The position numbers and the translations under genes are program-made. A stretch of DNA of 64,000 nt from a virus. The notes below the pieces were generated by a model. That model was not told the DNA's origin. It ran no database searches and was given only the letters and a program-made list of their open reading frames with translations. The stretch is taken from the IMG/VR virus record IMGVR_UViG_3300044609_000595, positions 46,320-110,319 of that record. One strand, 5' to 3'. Positions 36,228 to 46,598 of this stretch are shown piece by piece (the stretch's first letter is position 1; each line of letters starts with the position of its first letter).

Positions 36228-37475
36228 ATGGCTTTTTATCAGCAAACAAGAACAGCTAAAGCTGCCGCTATTGGCACAATCATGCCCTGGACTGGGGGTG
36301 TATCAAACATCCCCAAAGGCTGGATTCTTTGTGATGGAACACCAATAACGGCAGCAAGTTATCCCCTTTTGGCTAGAGCAATTGGGGATACTTATAATAA
36401 TGGTCCATCATCATTTGCAGGTAGTTTTCCAAATTATGCTGGCAATATAGTTCTTCCTAATTTAACTAATAAAACCCTTATTGATATTGAAACTTCTTAT
36501 TTTGGGGCTGGAGGAACTGGAGAAACACAAGATTTAGATTCAAAAGCAGCCACTGCTGTCACACCTCTCATTGGAGCCAATACAGACAATGGAGTAAAAA
36601 CAATTTATAATGATATTACTACTGATGTAGTTTTTACTCTTAATGACAGATCAGGATATTCTGGAAGAGCTTCTGGCAATACAATTGGTGGTGGCGAAGG
36701 AGTAAGTAAAACTGTGTATATTAGCCCAAGAAAATTGGGAAGAGATCATATTAAACCACACAATCATCCTGGAAGATATGAATCTCTTAGTTATACTAAC
36801 CCACAACGACCTGGAGCAGGAGTAATTCCTTACTCTTCATTCACATATCAATTTTATTCTTACATTGATTATGATGATGGAGATATTTTATATGGTGGCT
36901 CTTCTGACACTGAAACTGGAGTTTCGATTACTTTTGAAGGTCCTAATGCTAGAGGTGATGTCAATGGGTTTGGAAATGGAAGCCCTGGAAGAGTTGTTGC
37001 TGGGATCAATGCAGAAAATCCTCCAATCAATTACACTCCATTTAATGTTAAATTAAGTCCACTGCAAACGTTCATGACCAACCCTGCAGTTGATCAATCT
37101 ACTCCTATACCATATGGTTTGCAAGGAGTTAATCTTAATTTACCTGCTGGATCCAGAAATTATTATCCAGATATTACAAATTCTATAACACAAGCTAATA
37201 CATTTGATACACTAACAACTCCAGCAGCGTATGATTTTAATCAAATTACTCAAAGTCCTGGAACATCTGATGTAATAGTGCCACACATTCATGATGAATT
37301 TGACGTAGAATTTGTCAGGGGAACTTTAAGACCAAATAGTACTATTACTGTTAATGTAGAGGCACCTAATGCTAATCTAAGTTTAGATAATCAATCTAAT
37401 CAAGCTGCTTTGCAAATTAACTTTAATACGTCGCAGCCAGGATTAACATGTATATACATCATTAGAGCATACTAA
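36228..37475 (+). CDS. Tail collar domain fibre protein
   Basis: IGTIMPWTG....IPKGWILCDG......YPLLA.AIG.TY, LPNL, C-terminal QP.L...YIIRAY. Confidence 0.8.
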   Translation: MAFYQQTRTAKAAAIGTIMPWTGGVSNIPKGWILCDGTPITAASYPLLARAIGDTYNNGPSSFAGSFPNYAGNIVLPNLTNKTLIDIETSYFGAGGTGETQDLDSKAATAVTPLIGANTDNGVKTIYNDITTDVVFTLNDRSGYSGRASGNTIGGGEGVSKTVYISPRKLGRDHIKPHNHPGRYESLSYTNPQRPGAGVIPYSSFTYQFYSYIDYDDGDILYGGSSDTETGVSITFEGPNARGDVNGFGNGSPGRVVAGINAENPPINYTPFNVKLSPLQTFMTNPAVDQSTPIPYGLQGVNLNLPAGSRNYYPDITNSITQANTFDTLTTPAAYDFNQITQSPGTSDVIVPHIHDEFDVEFVRGTLRPNSTITVNVEAPNANLSLDNQSNQAALQINFNTSQPGLTCIYIIRAY

Positions 37476-37476
37476 A

Positions 37477-38361
37477 ATGGCAAATTACGCTAGAGAAAGA
37501 TCTAAATTTGGTGGTTATGTTGGATCTATACAAATCCACACTAGTGCTGGATTAGGATCTGACCCATCTTCTGCTGTATTTAATGATATTTTGCCAGCTG
37601 GATTTTTGCGATGCAATGGAAGTATTTTAGAAGCACGAGATTACTTATCGTTATCACAAATTCTTGGTGTTGGTGATGCATCAAGATTTGCTAAAGAAGG
37701 AGCACTACTCAGAAATGCAGATCCAACTACAGGAGATTTGGGAACATTTCAATTACCTGATTTAGGATCTAAAGTTATTATTCCTAGTAGAGGATCTGGA
37801 GATTATGTTAATGATGTGGTAGATTCTACGGGAGAACCCAGAGTTGGACCAGAAATATCTGCTTTTAGTAATGTTGGAAATAGGATTGAAATAGGTTACA
37901 TTGGAAATTTTAGGGGCCAGGCTCAAACAAATATTGATTTAAATTCTAACTCTACTTATGACATGCCAAGAAGCACTGTTTCTGCAGCATTAGATATTAA
38001 CAATTTTCAAGGTCATGCACATAATTCCACAGCAACTTATTTAAATTATACTACAAATCATGCTGCTGGAGAACCAGCGGGAGCTGTCGGGTCTGGTAAA
38101 GATAATGGAGAACTCACTGGTAATAGTGGAGCGGGAATGTATCTTGATCTTACTCAACCAAATACTTCAGCTGAATCATTGCATTCTCATAGATTAAGTA
38201 AACCAGCTATTTACACACACAATTTTAGATATTCTTTTGGAAATTTTGATATCCCAGCAGATCAAGTATCATCATATGTTGATGTTGATTTTACCAGAGA
38301 TAGAAAATTAGACACTACAGTTTCTCCATTTATTTTAGTGGAATATATTATTAAGTATTAA
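37477..38361 (+). CDS. Tail collar domain protein
   Basis: PAGFLRCNGS, FQLPDLGSK, H.H motifs, PFILVEYIIKY. Confidence 0.78.
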   Translation: MANYARERSKFGGYVGSIQIHTSAGLGSDPSSAVFNDILPAGFLRCNGSILEARDYLSLSQILGVGDASRFAKEGALLRNADPTTGDLGTFQLPDLGSKVIIPSRGSGDYVNDVVDSTGEPRVGPEISAFSNVGNRIEIGYIGNFRGQAQTNIDLNSNSTYDMPRSTVSAALDINNFQGHAHNSTATYLNYTTNHAAGEPAGAVGSGKDNGELTGNSGAGMYLDLTQPNTSAESLHSHRLSKPAIYTHNFRYSFGNFDIPADQVSSYVDVDFTRDRKLDTTVSPFILVEYIIKY

Positions 38362-38363
38362 TC

Positions 38364-39737
38364 ATGGCAATTATCTGGAATACTAGGGATAATTCTGGCG
38401 GGTTTGGCGGATATACTAATGGTGCTTGGAGTTCTTTTATGAACACCTATGCCGTTAGATTTACTTCCGCATCTTCTGGTACTGGTAGTGCTTTTAATGG
38501 TAGTACATTTAATAGAAGTTATTCTGTTTATTTTCCCAATTCAGGAAATTACACAATTACAGCTGCAGCAGATGATAACGGCAGTTTAAATGTAGGTGGT
38601 GTAAATTGTTCTGTAGCTGGGTTCAGTGGATCTTCATCTACTACTAGATTTTATAATAGAGGAACATACACTGTTTCGTTATCTGTTTACAATCAATCAA
38701 ACGGAAATGATTTTTCATCGAATCCATATGGAATTGCAGTTACTATTGATGCTCCACCAGTTCCTCCACCGCCATCAGTAACATTTTCAGTAAGCCCAAA
38801 TTCTATATGTAATGGAAGCACTGCAACTCTTTCTTGGTCAGTTTCTGGAATAGTTGATAGTGTGAGCATTAATAATGGTATTGGGTCTGTAGCAACATCA
38901 GGATCTAGACTTGTTGCTCCTTCTAGCAATACAACTTATACTTTAACTGCATCTGGCGAAGGTGGAACTAATTCGCAATCGATAAATTTACAGATAAAAC
39001 AGCCAACTCAAACTAGCATAACAGTAGATGATCCTACTATTATTAGAGGTGAAACAACCACATTGAGGTGGGTAACGACAGGAGAATCTACATCAGCAAC
39101 TATTTCTCCTGGCATTGGATCAGTGAATATAAATGGTTTAGCTAACATTTCTCCAACAGAAACAGTAACATATCAAATTTATGCTACTGGAGTTTGTACT
39201 GATGATTCCGATACAGTGACTGTAACTGTTTATCAGCCACCGACTGCTAGTTTAAGTGGACCAGAATCTCTCGATTATGGTCAGCAAGGAACTTTAATAT
39301 ATGAAGCAACTTATGCAGACTCAAATCTAGAAATTCAGCCAGTTTATAATTATAAAACAGGATCTGTAAATGGCACTATTATCACACTACCAACAGGAGC
39401 TAGTTCATCAGGAACTGTAGATACTGAAATACCATATAATGATAATGGACCATTTTCGGTCGAATATACTATAATTGCAATGGGCAATGGAGGACAAGAA
39501 TCTGATAATATTTTAATACCTATAAATGTTGACGAAACTCCAGAAAATTTTTTAGTTCCCGAATCAGAAGAATTATTTAAAGATCAGGAACCAATTTATA
39601 CACCTGATGCCACAATAACATCATATGAAATTTTGGTAAATAATATAGATGTTCCTGTAGAAATTAAATCAAATAGACCCATACAGGTTGAAATTAATGA
39701 TGACCAAGTTTGGAATTCAATTAGACCCATAGAATAA
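38364..39737 (+). CDS. Tail-associated protein, paralog 1 (PA14-like N-terminus, Ig/PKD-like repeats)
   Basis: YTITAAADDNGSL, TLSWSV/TLRW repeats, C-terminal DETPENFLVPE...IDVPVEIKS..PIQV. Confidence 0.7.
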   Translation: MAIIWNTRDNSGGFGGYTNGAWSSFMNTYAVRFTSASSGTGSAFNGSTFNRSYSVYFPNSGNYTITAAADDNGSLNVGGVNCSVAGFSGSSSTTRFYNRGTYTVSLSVYNQSNGNDFSSNPYGIAVTIDAPPVPPPPSVTFSVSPNSICNGSTATLSWSVSGIVDSVSINNGIGSVATSGSRLVAPSSNTTYTLTASGEGGTNSQSINLQIKQPTQTSITVDDPTIIRGETTTLRWVTTGESTSATISPGIGSVNINGLANISPTETVTYQIYATGVCTDDSDTVTVTVYQPPTASLSGPESLDYGQQGTLIYEATYADSNLEIQPVYNYKTGSVNGTIITLPTGASSSGTVDTEIPYNDNGPFSVEYTIIAMGNGGQESDNILIPINVDETPENFLVPESEELFKDQEPIYTPDATITSYEILVNNIDVPVEIKSNRPIQVEINDDQVWNSIRPIE

Positions 39738-41404
39738 TGCCGATTAACATAGTTGCAAATTCATCTCAAAGTGTATCAATACCCGAAGACGCTGCTAACG
39801 TCAACATTAAGCTATTTGGGGGTAGTGGTGGAGGAGAATTTGTTGATCAATATACTCTTGTTTCTACCGCTGGAACCAGTGGAGGAATAACATCGTTTAT
39901 TGGATTAAATGCTAATGGTGGTCAAGGAGGAGGAATTGGTGGCAAAAATCAAGGTGGTAATGGAGGTTCGGCAAATCAAACTGTAAATTGGAGTTCTTTG
40001 GGAGCTTCTGTTAGCACTGTGAATGGTTCTTCTGGACAATTATCTGCTGGAGGTACTGGCGGAACCATACCTGGATATTCTTCGATCAATGGTGGCAATG
40101 GCACTCCACTTCAGGTTAGTTACACTTCTAATGTTTATCATGTTTTTAACGATGATACAGATACACATATAGTTACCCAAAGTAGTCCAGATATTATTGT
40201 TGGTTTTGAATCACAATATGCTCCAGGTGCCCCCTGCAATACTAGTCTTGCTTACAAACATTATAGTGTCAATTTTGTTGCTCCATATGATGACGCAAAT
40301 TATTCGATCAATATTTTTAGTGTTTGTCAACAAGCTGCAGCGGGTGGTACAGCAGGACCTTTTTATGTTTATGGTATAGATTACAAAACTAGATTTGGGT
40401 TTAGAATTTGGTTTTGTAGAGCAGGAAATAATAGTTATGTTAGGTGTTTTTCCTTTACCACTACTGGCAATAGAACTCCGTTGGTTGGTAGAGGCGGTGG
40501 TGGTTCTGGATTTATTGAAGCAAATATAAGTAGAGCACAACTTATTGAAAGTAGCATATATCGTCCTGGCACTTCACATCAATTAACTATTGGTGGTGCG
40601 GGATCGAGAGGTGGCACAACTGCAGAAAATGGATCGAGTGGAAGAGCATTTTTGACTATCGTTTTAGAGCCAAGAATATCTGTGTCTTTGGATGATACAA
40701 CGATAATTCGTGGAGAGTGTACGACCTTACGATGGTCTGTTACAGGTGATGTTAGTCAGGTATCTATATCTCCTGGTATAGGCACAGTAAATATTAGTGG
40801 AACCAGGCAAGTATGTCCAACAGAAACTGTAACATATATTGTTACTGCTACTGGAATGGGTGGTACTGACGTAAAACAGGTAACATTAACCGTCTATCAA
40901 CCACCAACAGTTAACTTATCTGGACCAGAATCTCTTAATTATGGTCAGCAAGGAACTTTGGTTTATGAATCTACTGACGTAGATGTTAGTTTTGTATTAG
41001 AACCAACGTATACCTACAGAAATGGTTCTACTGGAGGAGCAATGTTTAATACTAATTTACCGTTGGGTGCTATTTCAAACGGAACAATAACCACAAATAT
41101 ACCATATAATGATTATGGTCCCACTAGCGTAACATATACTTTGACTGGTACTGGAAATGGCGGTCAAGAAACAAAACAAATAACAGTACCAATTATTATT
41201 GATGAAACACCAGAAAACTTTTTAGTTCCCGAAACTGATGATGCATTTAAATCTCAAGAACCTATCTACAGTCCAAATTCAGATGTAACATCTTATGAAA
41301 TTATAGTTGATGGTGTAGATATTCCTGTGGAAATTAAAGCTGATAAACCAATATTGGTTGAAATTAATAATGACGATACTTGGGATCAAATCAGGAGTAT
41401 ATAA
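39737..41404 (+). CDS. Tail-associated protein, paralog 2 (Gly-rich N-terminus with lectin-like insert)
   Basis: Same C-terminal ~230 aa as its neighbours; Gly-rich domain with insert SVNFVAPY.DANYSI...KTRFGFRI. Confidence 0.7.
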   Translation: MPINIVANSSQSVSIPEDAANVNIKLFGGSGGGEFVDQYTLVSTAGTSGGITSFIGLNANGGQGGGIGGKNQGGNGGSANQTVNWSSLGASVSTVNGSSGQLSAGGTGGTIPGYSSINGGNGTPLQVSYTSNVYHVFNDDTDTHIVTQSSPDIIVGFESQYAPGAPCNTSLAYKHYSVNFVAPYDDANYSINIFSVCQQAAAGGTAGPFYVYGIDYKTRFGFRIWFCRAGNNSYVRCFSFTTTGNRTPLVGRGGGGSGFIEANISRAQLIESSIYRPGTSHQLTIGGAGSRGGTTAENGSSGRAFLTIVLEPRISVSLDDTTIIRGECTTLRWSVTGDVSQVSISPGIGTVNISGTRQVCPTETVTYIVTATGMGGTDVKQVTLTVYQPPTVNLSGPESLNYGQQGTLVYESTDVDVSFVLEPTYTYRNGSTGGAMFNTNLPLGAISNGTITTNIPYNDYGPTSVTYTLTGTGNGGQETKQITVPIIIDETPENFLVPETDDAFKSQEPIYSPNSDVTSYEIIVDGVDIPVEIKADKPILVEINNDDTWDQIRSI

Positions 41405-41406
41405 CA

Positions 41407-43107
41407 ATGGCAACGTTTAGTCAGACATATACTAGTAATACATCTGTAACTATACCAGCGTTTTCTCAAGACATTACTTTGGTTGTTGTTGGAGCCAGTG
41501 GAGGAAGTGGAGGTTATGATGCTGGTTCTCCTGGAGGTTCTAGTGGACCTGGCAGATATGGTGTATTTACTTTACCAAATTCTATAGGTAGAACTCTTAC
41601 TTTTAGTATGGGCGGACAAGGTTCCAATGGAGTAAGTAGTCAAAGTAGTGCTCCAGGGGGAAGTGGTGGCAGTGGAGTTGCTTCTGGTGGAACAGGTGGT
41701 CGTGCTGGTCCTAGTGGATCATCTGGTGGCGGTGGTGGCGGTGGTGGTGCCACTGGTGTTTATGATAGTTATTCCAATTCTTGGATCATTGTTGCTGGCG
41801 GCGGTGGCGGCGGCGGTGGAGCTGCATATCCAAGCGTTCCTGGCATAGACGGTGGAGCTGGTCTTGGATGGGGAGGCTCTGGTGGAACTGTCCCCACAAT
41901 TAGTAGTGGAGGATCTGGTGGGAATTGTCCTACTGATGGATCTGGTGGTGGCGGCGGTGGTGGTGGAGCCAGTGGTGGTGGTGGTGGAAACAATGGTTAT
42001 GATGCTGGTTCTGGTAATGTAAGAGCTGGTGGTGGCGGTGGCGGTGGGTCTGGATATAGATCTGCGTATTGCACATGGACTGGAGGAACCGCAACATATT
42101 TTGGTAGTGGATATGTTACCCTCAGTTATACATTATCTCCTCCAACTATTTCTTTTTCTGTATCTCCTACTTCAATTATTAGAGGCCAAACTGCTACATT
42201 ATCTTGGAATGTCACTGGAAATATTGATAGTATTAGTATTAATCAAGGTATTGGTGCGGTAAATTCTTCTGGAACGTTAACAGTATCTCCACAAAATACA
42301 ACTTTATATACTATAACTGCTACTGGTCCTGGAGGAACAGTATCTTCAACAGCTAATCTAACAGTTTATATTCCACCACAAACGACACTATCTTTAGATG
42401 ATTCTTCTATAATTAGGGGAGAATGTACAACATTAAGGTGGGTCACTACTGGCGATGCTACTTCAGCAACTATAAATCCAGCAATTGGACCAGTTAATAT
42501 TAATGGATTAAGGCAAGTGTGTCCCACCGAAACTATAACCTACGATATTTTTGTTACTGGTACTGGAGGTACAGATTCTGACAGTATAACTTTAACAGTT
42601 TATCAACCACCAACAGTTAATTTGTCTGGTCCAGAATCTTTAAATTATGGTCAACAAGGAACTTTAACATATGAAGCAACTTATGTAGATATATCATTAG
42701 TAATAACACCAACATACACATTTAGGGGGTCTACCGTAACTGGAACTTCAGTAAATTTATCCACAGGAGATTCAGTAAATAGTACGATTCAAACTCAAAT
42801 ACCCTATGGAGATACTGGACCATTTTCTGTAACTTATACCATAGTTGCTACAGGAAATGGTGGTCAAGAAACAAAACAAATTATTATTCCCATAAATATT
42901 GATGAAACACCAGAAAATTTTTTAGTACCCGAGTCGGAAGAATTATACAAAGATCAAAATCCAATTTATACTCCAGATACAATTCTAACTAATTACAAAA
43001 TATTAATTGGGGGAGTTGACATTCCTGTTGAAATCAAAGCAGATAAACCGATTTTGGTAGATTTAAATGAACAAGATGCTTGGGAACAAATAAGGAGAAT
43101 AGAATAG
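41407..43107 (+). CDS. Tail-associated protein, paralog 3 (poly-Gly domain)
   Basis: GGGGGGAT..., IIVAGGGGGGGG glycine-rich domain plus the shared C-terminal module. Confidence 0.7.
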   Translation: MATFSQTYTSNTSVTIPAFSQDITLVVVGASGGSGGYDAGSPGGSSGPGRYGVFTLPNSIGRTLTFSMGGQGSNGVSSQSSAPGGSGGSGVASGGTGGRAGPSGSSGGGGGGGGATGVYDSYSNSWIIVAGGGGGGGGAAYPSVPGIDGGAGLGWGGSGGTVPTISSGGSGGNCPTDGSGGGGGGGGASGGGGGNNGYDAGSGNVRAGGGGGGGSGYRSAYCTWTGGTATYFGSGYVTLSYTLSPPTISFSVSPTSIIRGQTATLSWNVTGNIDSISINQGIGAVNSSGTLTVSPQNTTLYTITATGPGGTVSSTANLTVYIPPQTTLSLDDSSIIRGECTTLRWVTTGDATSATINPAIGPVNINGLRQVCPTETITYDIFVTGTGGTDSDSITLTVYQPPTVNLSGPESLNYGQQGTLTYEATYVDISLVITPTYTFRGSTVTGTSVNLSTGDSVNSTIQTQIPYGDTGPFSVTYTIVATGNGGQETKQIIIPINIDETPENFLVPESEELYKDQNPIYTPDTILTNYKILIGGVDIPVEIKADKPILVDLNEQDAWEQIRRIE

Positions 43108-45915
43108 ATGGCATATCAGTTTTCTAGTGATCCACTCTTTGTAAGAGAAGGTGATGTAATCCAATTTAAGTATAAAGCGCCTGATACGTGGGATACGACA
43201 GAAACTGTCACTATTCAGGTTGGTCTTCTTACGCAATTTTGGTTTATTACTACAATCCCAGAAGACTTTCAGCCAGATCCTTTCCCATTACAACCAGTAG
43301 CAAATGCTGATTTAGATACTGTTTATACTTACGGAGATGGAACAAGACCTGGAGAAAATATTATTGTTGTTTCTGGTTTAACTCCAACAACAGTAGTTCC
43401 TATATCCGTTTCAGCTAATGACTTTCCTGATATTAACAGATATTCTGTAAGTATTAACGGAGGTGCTTTTGTATTACTTCCAGAAAATACTACTGTACAA
43501 AATGGAGACACAATTCAATTAAGAGCAAGAACTTTTAATTCGCCCGCACAAACTCTTAGAATAAGTTTAACTGTTGGATTGGCTCAAGAAACTTGGGAAT
43601 TAACTACAAAACAAACTCCAATCAATAAACCAAATCCAGCTCCAGTATTTACGCCATTAAATAATCTTCCTTTAAATTCTCCTGTATACAGTAACGTAGT
43701 TGTAGTACAGGGATTAACTGGTTCTGGACAAGTTAGTGCTGGTTTTGGTACATTAGTTGGTGTTTCTAGTACAAATACAACACAAACCAATGCCGAAGGA
43801 TATGATGTTTTATCTGGTGTAACGTTTGCTTCTTCTGCCACTATTTCAAATGGTAAATACTTACAATTATTAGCAACGTCTCCAATTAATCCGAACACAT
43901 CATTACCAATCGCTGTAGATATTGCTGAGGGAATTGGAGTAAGTACGTGGACAATACAAACAGGTGCTGCATTATCTACAACTCCTACCAATTTCAGTTT
44001 CCCGAATATAACTAATGTAGCTCCAGGAGTAACTGTTCAATCTCAATCCAGACCTGTAGGTGGAATTGGTGGATTGAGTGCTGGTGTTTCTGTTCCAGTT
44101 GAATTAGTTTCCACTAGTGGCACAGAGCCAAGAATTAGAATTAATGATGGATCTATTGGAGTATTCCCGACAACTGTGCAGAATGGGGATGTTATTACTT
44201 TATACAATAAATCATCAACAACTTTTGGTGGAAATGTAGAAACTGCAATTAAAGTTGGAACAAGAATTATTACTACTTGGAGTATTGACACTTACTTAAC
44301 TCCAGACTCAATTCCATCATTCACTGCTCCTCCTAATTTAACAAATAGAGTACCAGATACATTTATTTCTAGTGCTGTTGTAGGACTGACAGATTTTAAC
44401 GTTCCAATTACTATCACTGCTACCAATGGAGCATTAATTTCTATTGATTATGACACACCAGTTGCTGGACCAAGAACTTTTGATCCACTAGTAAATCAGT
44501 TAATTTTCTTAGTTTTAAAGACACAAAACGCTTTGAGTGCTAGTTCCAGTACCACAGTAACTATTGGAGATGCTACACCATTTACGTGGACAGTATCAAC
44601 ATATGCTGTTGCTCCTCCCCCTCCATCTAATCTTAGCACTTGGTACAGCATTAAAACTAAAAAATATGATGGTTTTTCGATTGGAACTGTTGTACAAATA
44701 TTGAAAGAAAACGTTGTCAATGAATATGGTGATATTGAAGATAGATTCCCAGGATTCCTTGAATGTGATGGAAGTTCTTATCCAGTCGCACAATATTCTG
44801 ATTTATGGAACATTATCGGTAATACTTATGGTGGTAATGGAGATTATAATGAGACTACATTAACCTACAGTGGCACATTTAATGTTCCTGATTACAGAAA
44901 TAAAAGAATATGTGGAATTGGAGCACTAGATGCTAACTTTGGTGGTTCTCCTTTCTTACCTGTTGACACAGGCAGTATTAATCAAGTTGGATCCACTGGA
45001 GGATATTGGTATATTGACAGATCTGGCATTGCTGGCCCATTACCTTTAGAACAAGTTTATACTGGAGGAACCGAAAGTCCATTCTTTAGTTTAGGAACAG
45101 TCAAAACTATCGGAACCGAGCAACTTACAGGGGAATTGACATTTAATATTACTGGATCAATTAATGCTATTCTTGGTCCAGTTGGAGAAATTAGTGTGAA
45201 TGTTCCAGCACACGATCACGTTTATTGGTCTTCTACTGTAGAATCTGATTCTGGAGAGCCAGTAATACCATGGGGCACTAGAGCCATGTATGGTTTTAGT
45301 GGATCTTCGAGTTCTTATAGTGGTAGAGGAGTTGCTGACTCTGCTGGTCAATCTTCAGTTATTTCTCAGTTTAGAAATATTGCTGGATCTACATTTATTT
45401 CTGAGGTACAAAGAACTGGACTGGAATTTGACAGTATACTTCCACTTGATTCTAGTGAAGATATTAAATTTGGTAACTGGTGGGCTAGCCCAATTTCCAC
45501 ACTCCAAAGTCTTGCTGGTGGTAGAATATATGATACTGGATCAGCTGCTGCTAACGATGCTGGTGTTATTGATACGCAAGCATCTACAATGAGAATTTCT
45601 CCGTATGCTTCTCCAGGAACATTAAAAACACACTCACACCTCATGAGTCTTGATGCTGCTACTAATCCACAAACAGACTTTACCTATGGTAATGTTAATG
45701 GAGTAGGAACAAAATATGCAGGATCTCTTCCAACAGCAAATACTTCTCTAGAAGTTACTTTTAACCAAAGTGAAGTTCTTCTTGAATTAAATCCAGCTAC
45801 ATTTACTTTCAACTCTAGTATCAAACCAATTCCTACTGTAGAATTGCAACCAACTAAAACTGTACCACTCGTAACACCATTCCACAAAGTAAAATATATA
45901 ATAAAAGCATACTAA
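43108..45915 (+). CDS. Tail fibre protein with collar domain
   Basis: Ig-like repeats (TVQNGD.I.L twice), PGFLECDGS.Y....Y.DLW.IIGNTYGG, FNVPDYR, H.H motifs, KYIIKAY end. Confidence 0.78.
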   Translation: MAYQFSSDPLFVREGDVIQFKYKAPDTWDTTETVTIQVGLLTQFWFITTIPEDFQPDPFPLQPVANADLDTVYTYGDGTRPGENIIVVSGLTPTTVVPISVSANDFPDINRYSVSINGGAFVLLPENTTVQNGDTIQLRARTFNSPAQTLRISLTVGLAQETWELTTKQTPINKPNPAPVFTPLNNLPLNSPVYSNVVVVQGLTGSGQVSAGFGTLVGVSSTNTTQTNAEGYDVLSGVTFASSATISNGKYLQLLATSPINPNTSLPIAVDIAEGIGVSTWTIQTGAALSTTPTNFSFPNITNVAPGVTVQSQSRPVGGIGGLSAGVSVPVELVSTSGTEPRIRINDGSIGVFPTTVQNGDVITLYNKSSTTFGGNVETAIKVGTRIITTWSIDTYLTPDSIPSFTAPPNLTNRVPDTFISSAVVGLTDFNVPITITATNGALISIDYDTPVAGPRTFDPLVNQLIFLVLKTQNALSASSSTTVTIGDATPFTWTVSTYAVAPPPPSNLSTWYSIKTKKYDGFSIGTVVQILKENVVNEYGDIEDRFPGFLECDGSSYPVAQYSDLWNIIGNTYGGNGDYNETTLTYSGTFNVPDYRNKRICGIGALDANFGGSPFLPVDTGSINQVGSTGGYWYIDRSGIAGPLPLEQVYTGGTESPFFSLGTVKTIGTEQLTGELTFNITGSINAILGPVGEISVNVPAHDHVYWSSTVESDSGEPVIPWGTRAMYGFSGSSSSYSGRGVADSAGQSSVISQFRNIAGSTFISEVQRTGLEFDSILPLDSSEDIKFGNWWASPISTLQSLAGGRIYDTGSAAANDAGVIDTQASTMRISPYASPGTLKTHSHLMSLDAATNPQTDFTYGNVNGVGTKYAGSLPTANTSLEVTFNQSEVLLELNPATFTFNSSIKPIPTVELQPTKTVPLVTPFHKVKYIIKAY

Positions 45916-45921
45916 AATATT

Positions 45922-46596
45922 ATGACTGTGCAACCATACAGACCTCTCGAATTGATGAGAGATCCAAAGCTGACTAAATTTGAATTAACAGATTTTATCG
46001 GTGTCTGGGAAAATTTTGTTCCAGCAAATTTTTGTGATCAACTGATAGAATTTTTTGAGCATACTATTAACAATACTGCAGATTATATTGAACCATCTAG
46101 CCCAGTTCCAGAAAAACAAACGGAAGCTTTGGTATTGAACGGTGATGTTCAATATAAAGGTAATTTAAATAGAAAAGATACTTCCATTCTATTAAACTAC
46201 ACCAATGACACTTATAGCTATCAGGTAAATCAATTTTTGAAATCATGTGTTTTACATTACATTGATAATTTTTCTCAATTGAGTAAACTTGCCATGATTT
46301 CTTCTGACATCAAATTCCAAAAAACAGAACCAGAAGGTGGATATCATTTATGGCATTATGAAAATGCTGCTCTCGAATATGCTGCCAGAGAATTAACGTG
46401 GATGGTTTATTTAAATGATATTCCTGACGGAGAAGGAGAAACTGAATTTTTATATCAGCGTAGAAGAATTAAACCAACCAAAGGAACTGTAGTTATATTC
46501 CCTGCTGGAATGACTCACGTACATAAGGGTAATACAATATTCACGACGAATAAATACATTTTGACTGGATGGTATATAAAAACTGCTAGAGTTTAA
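45922..46596 (+). CDS. 2OG-Fe(II) oxygenase (prolyl-4-hydroxylase-like)
   Basis: QKT.P.GGYH.WH.E, WMVYLND..GEGETEFLYQ, FPAG.THVH.G, KYI.TGW. Confidence 0.88.
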   Translation: MTVQPYRPLELMRDPKLTKFELTDFIGVWENFVPANFCDQLIEFFEHTINNTADYIEPSSPVPEKQTEALVLNGDVQYKGNLNRKDTSILLNYTNDTYSYQVNQFLKSCVLHYIDNFSQLSKLAMISSDIKFQKTEPEGGYHLWHYENAALEYAARELTWMVYLNDIPDGEGETEFLYQRRRIKPTKGTVVIFPAGMTHVHKGNTIFTTNKYILTGWYIKTARV

Positions 46597-46598
46597 AT

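Noticed and set aside
41640-42060. GGT/GGC tandem repeats resembling a microsatellite or array
   Set aside because: They encode the poly-Gly domain; there is no repeat-spacer structure, so not CRISPR
38364-43107. Possible diversity-generating retroelement template/variable repeats among the tail paralogs
   Set aside because: Differences look mostly synonymous rather than adenine-specific, and no reverse transcriptase is present in the window
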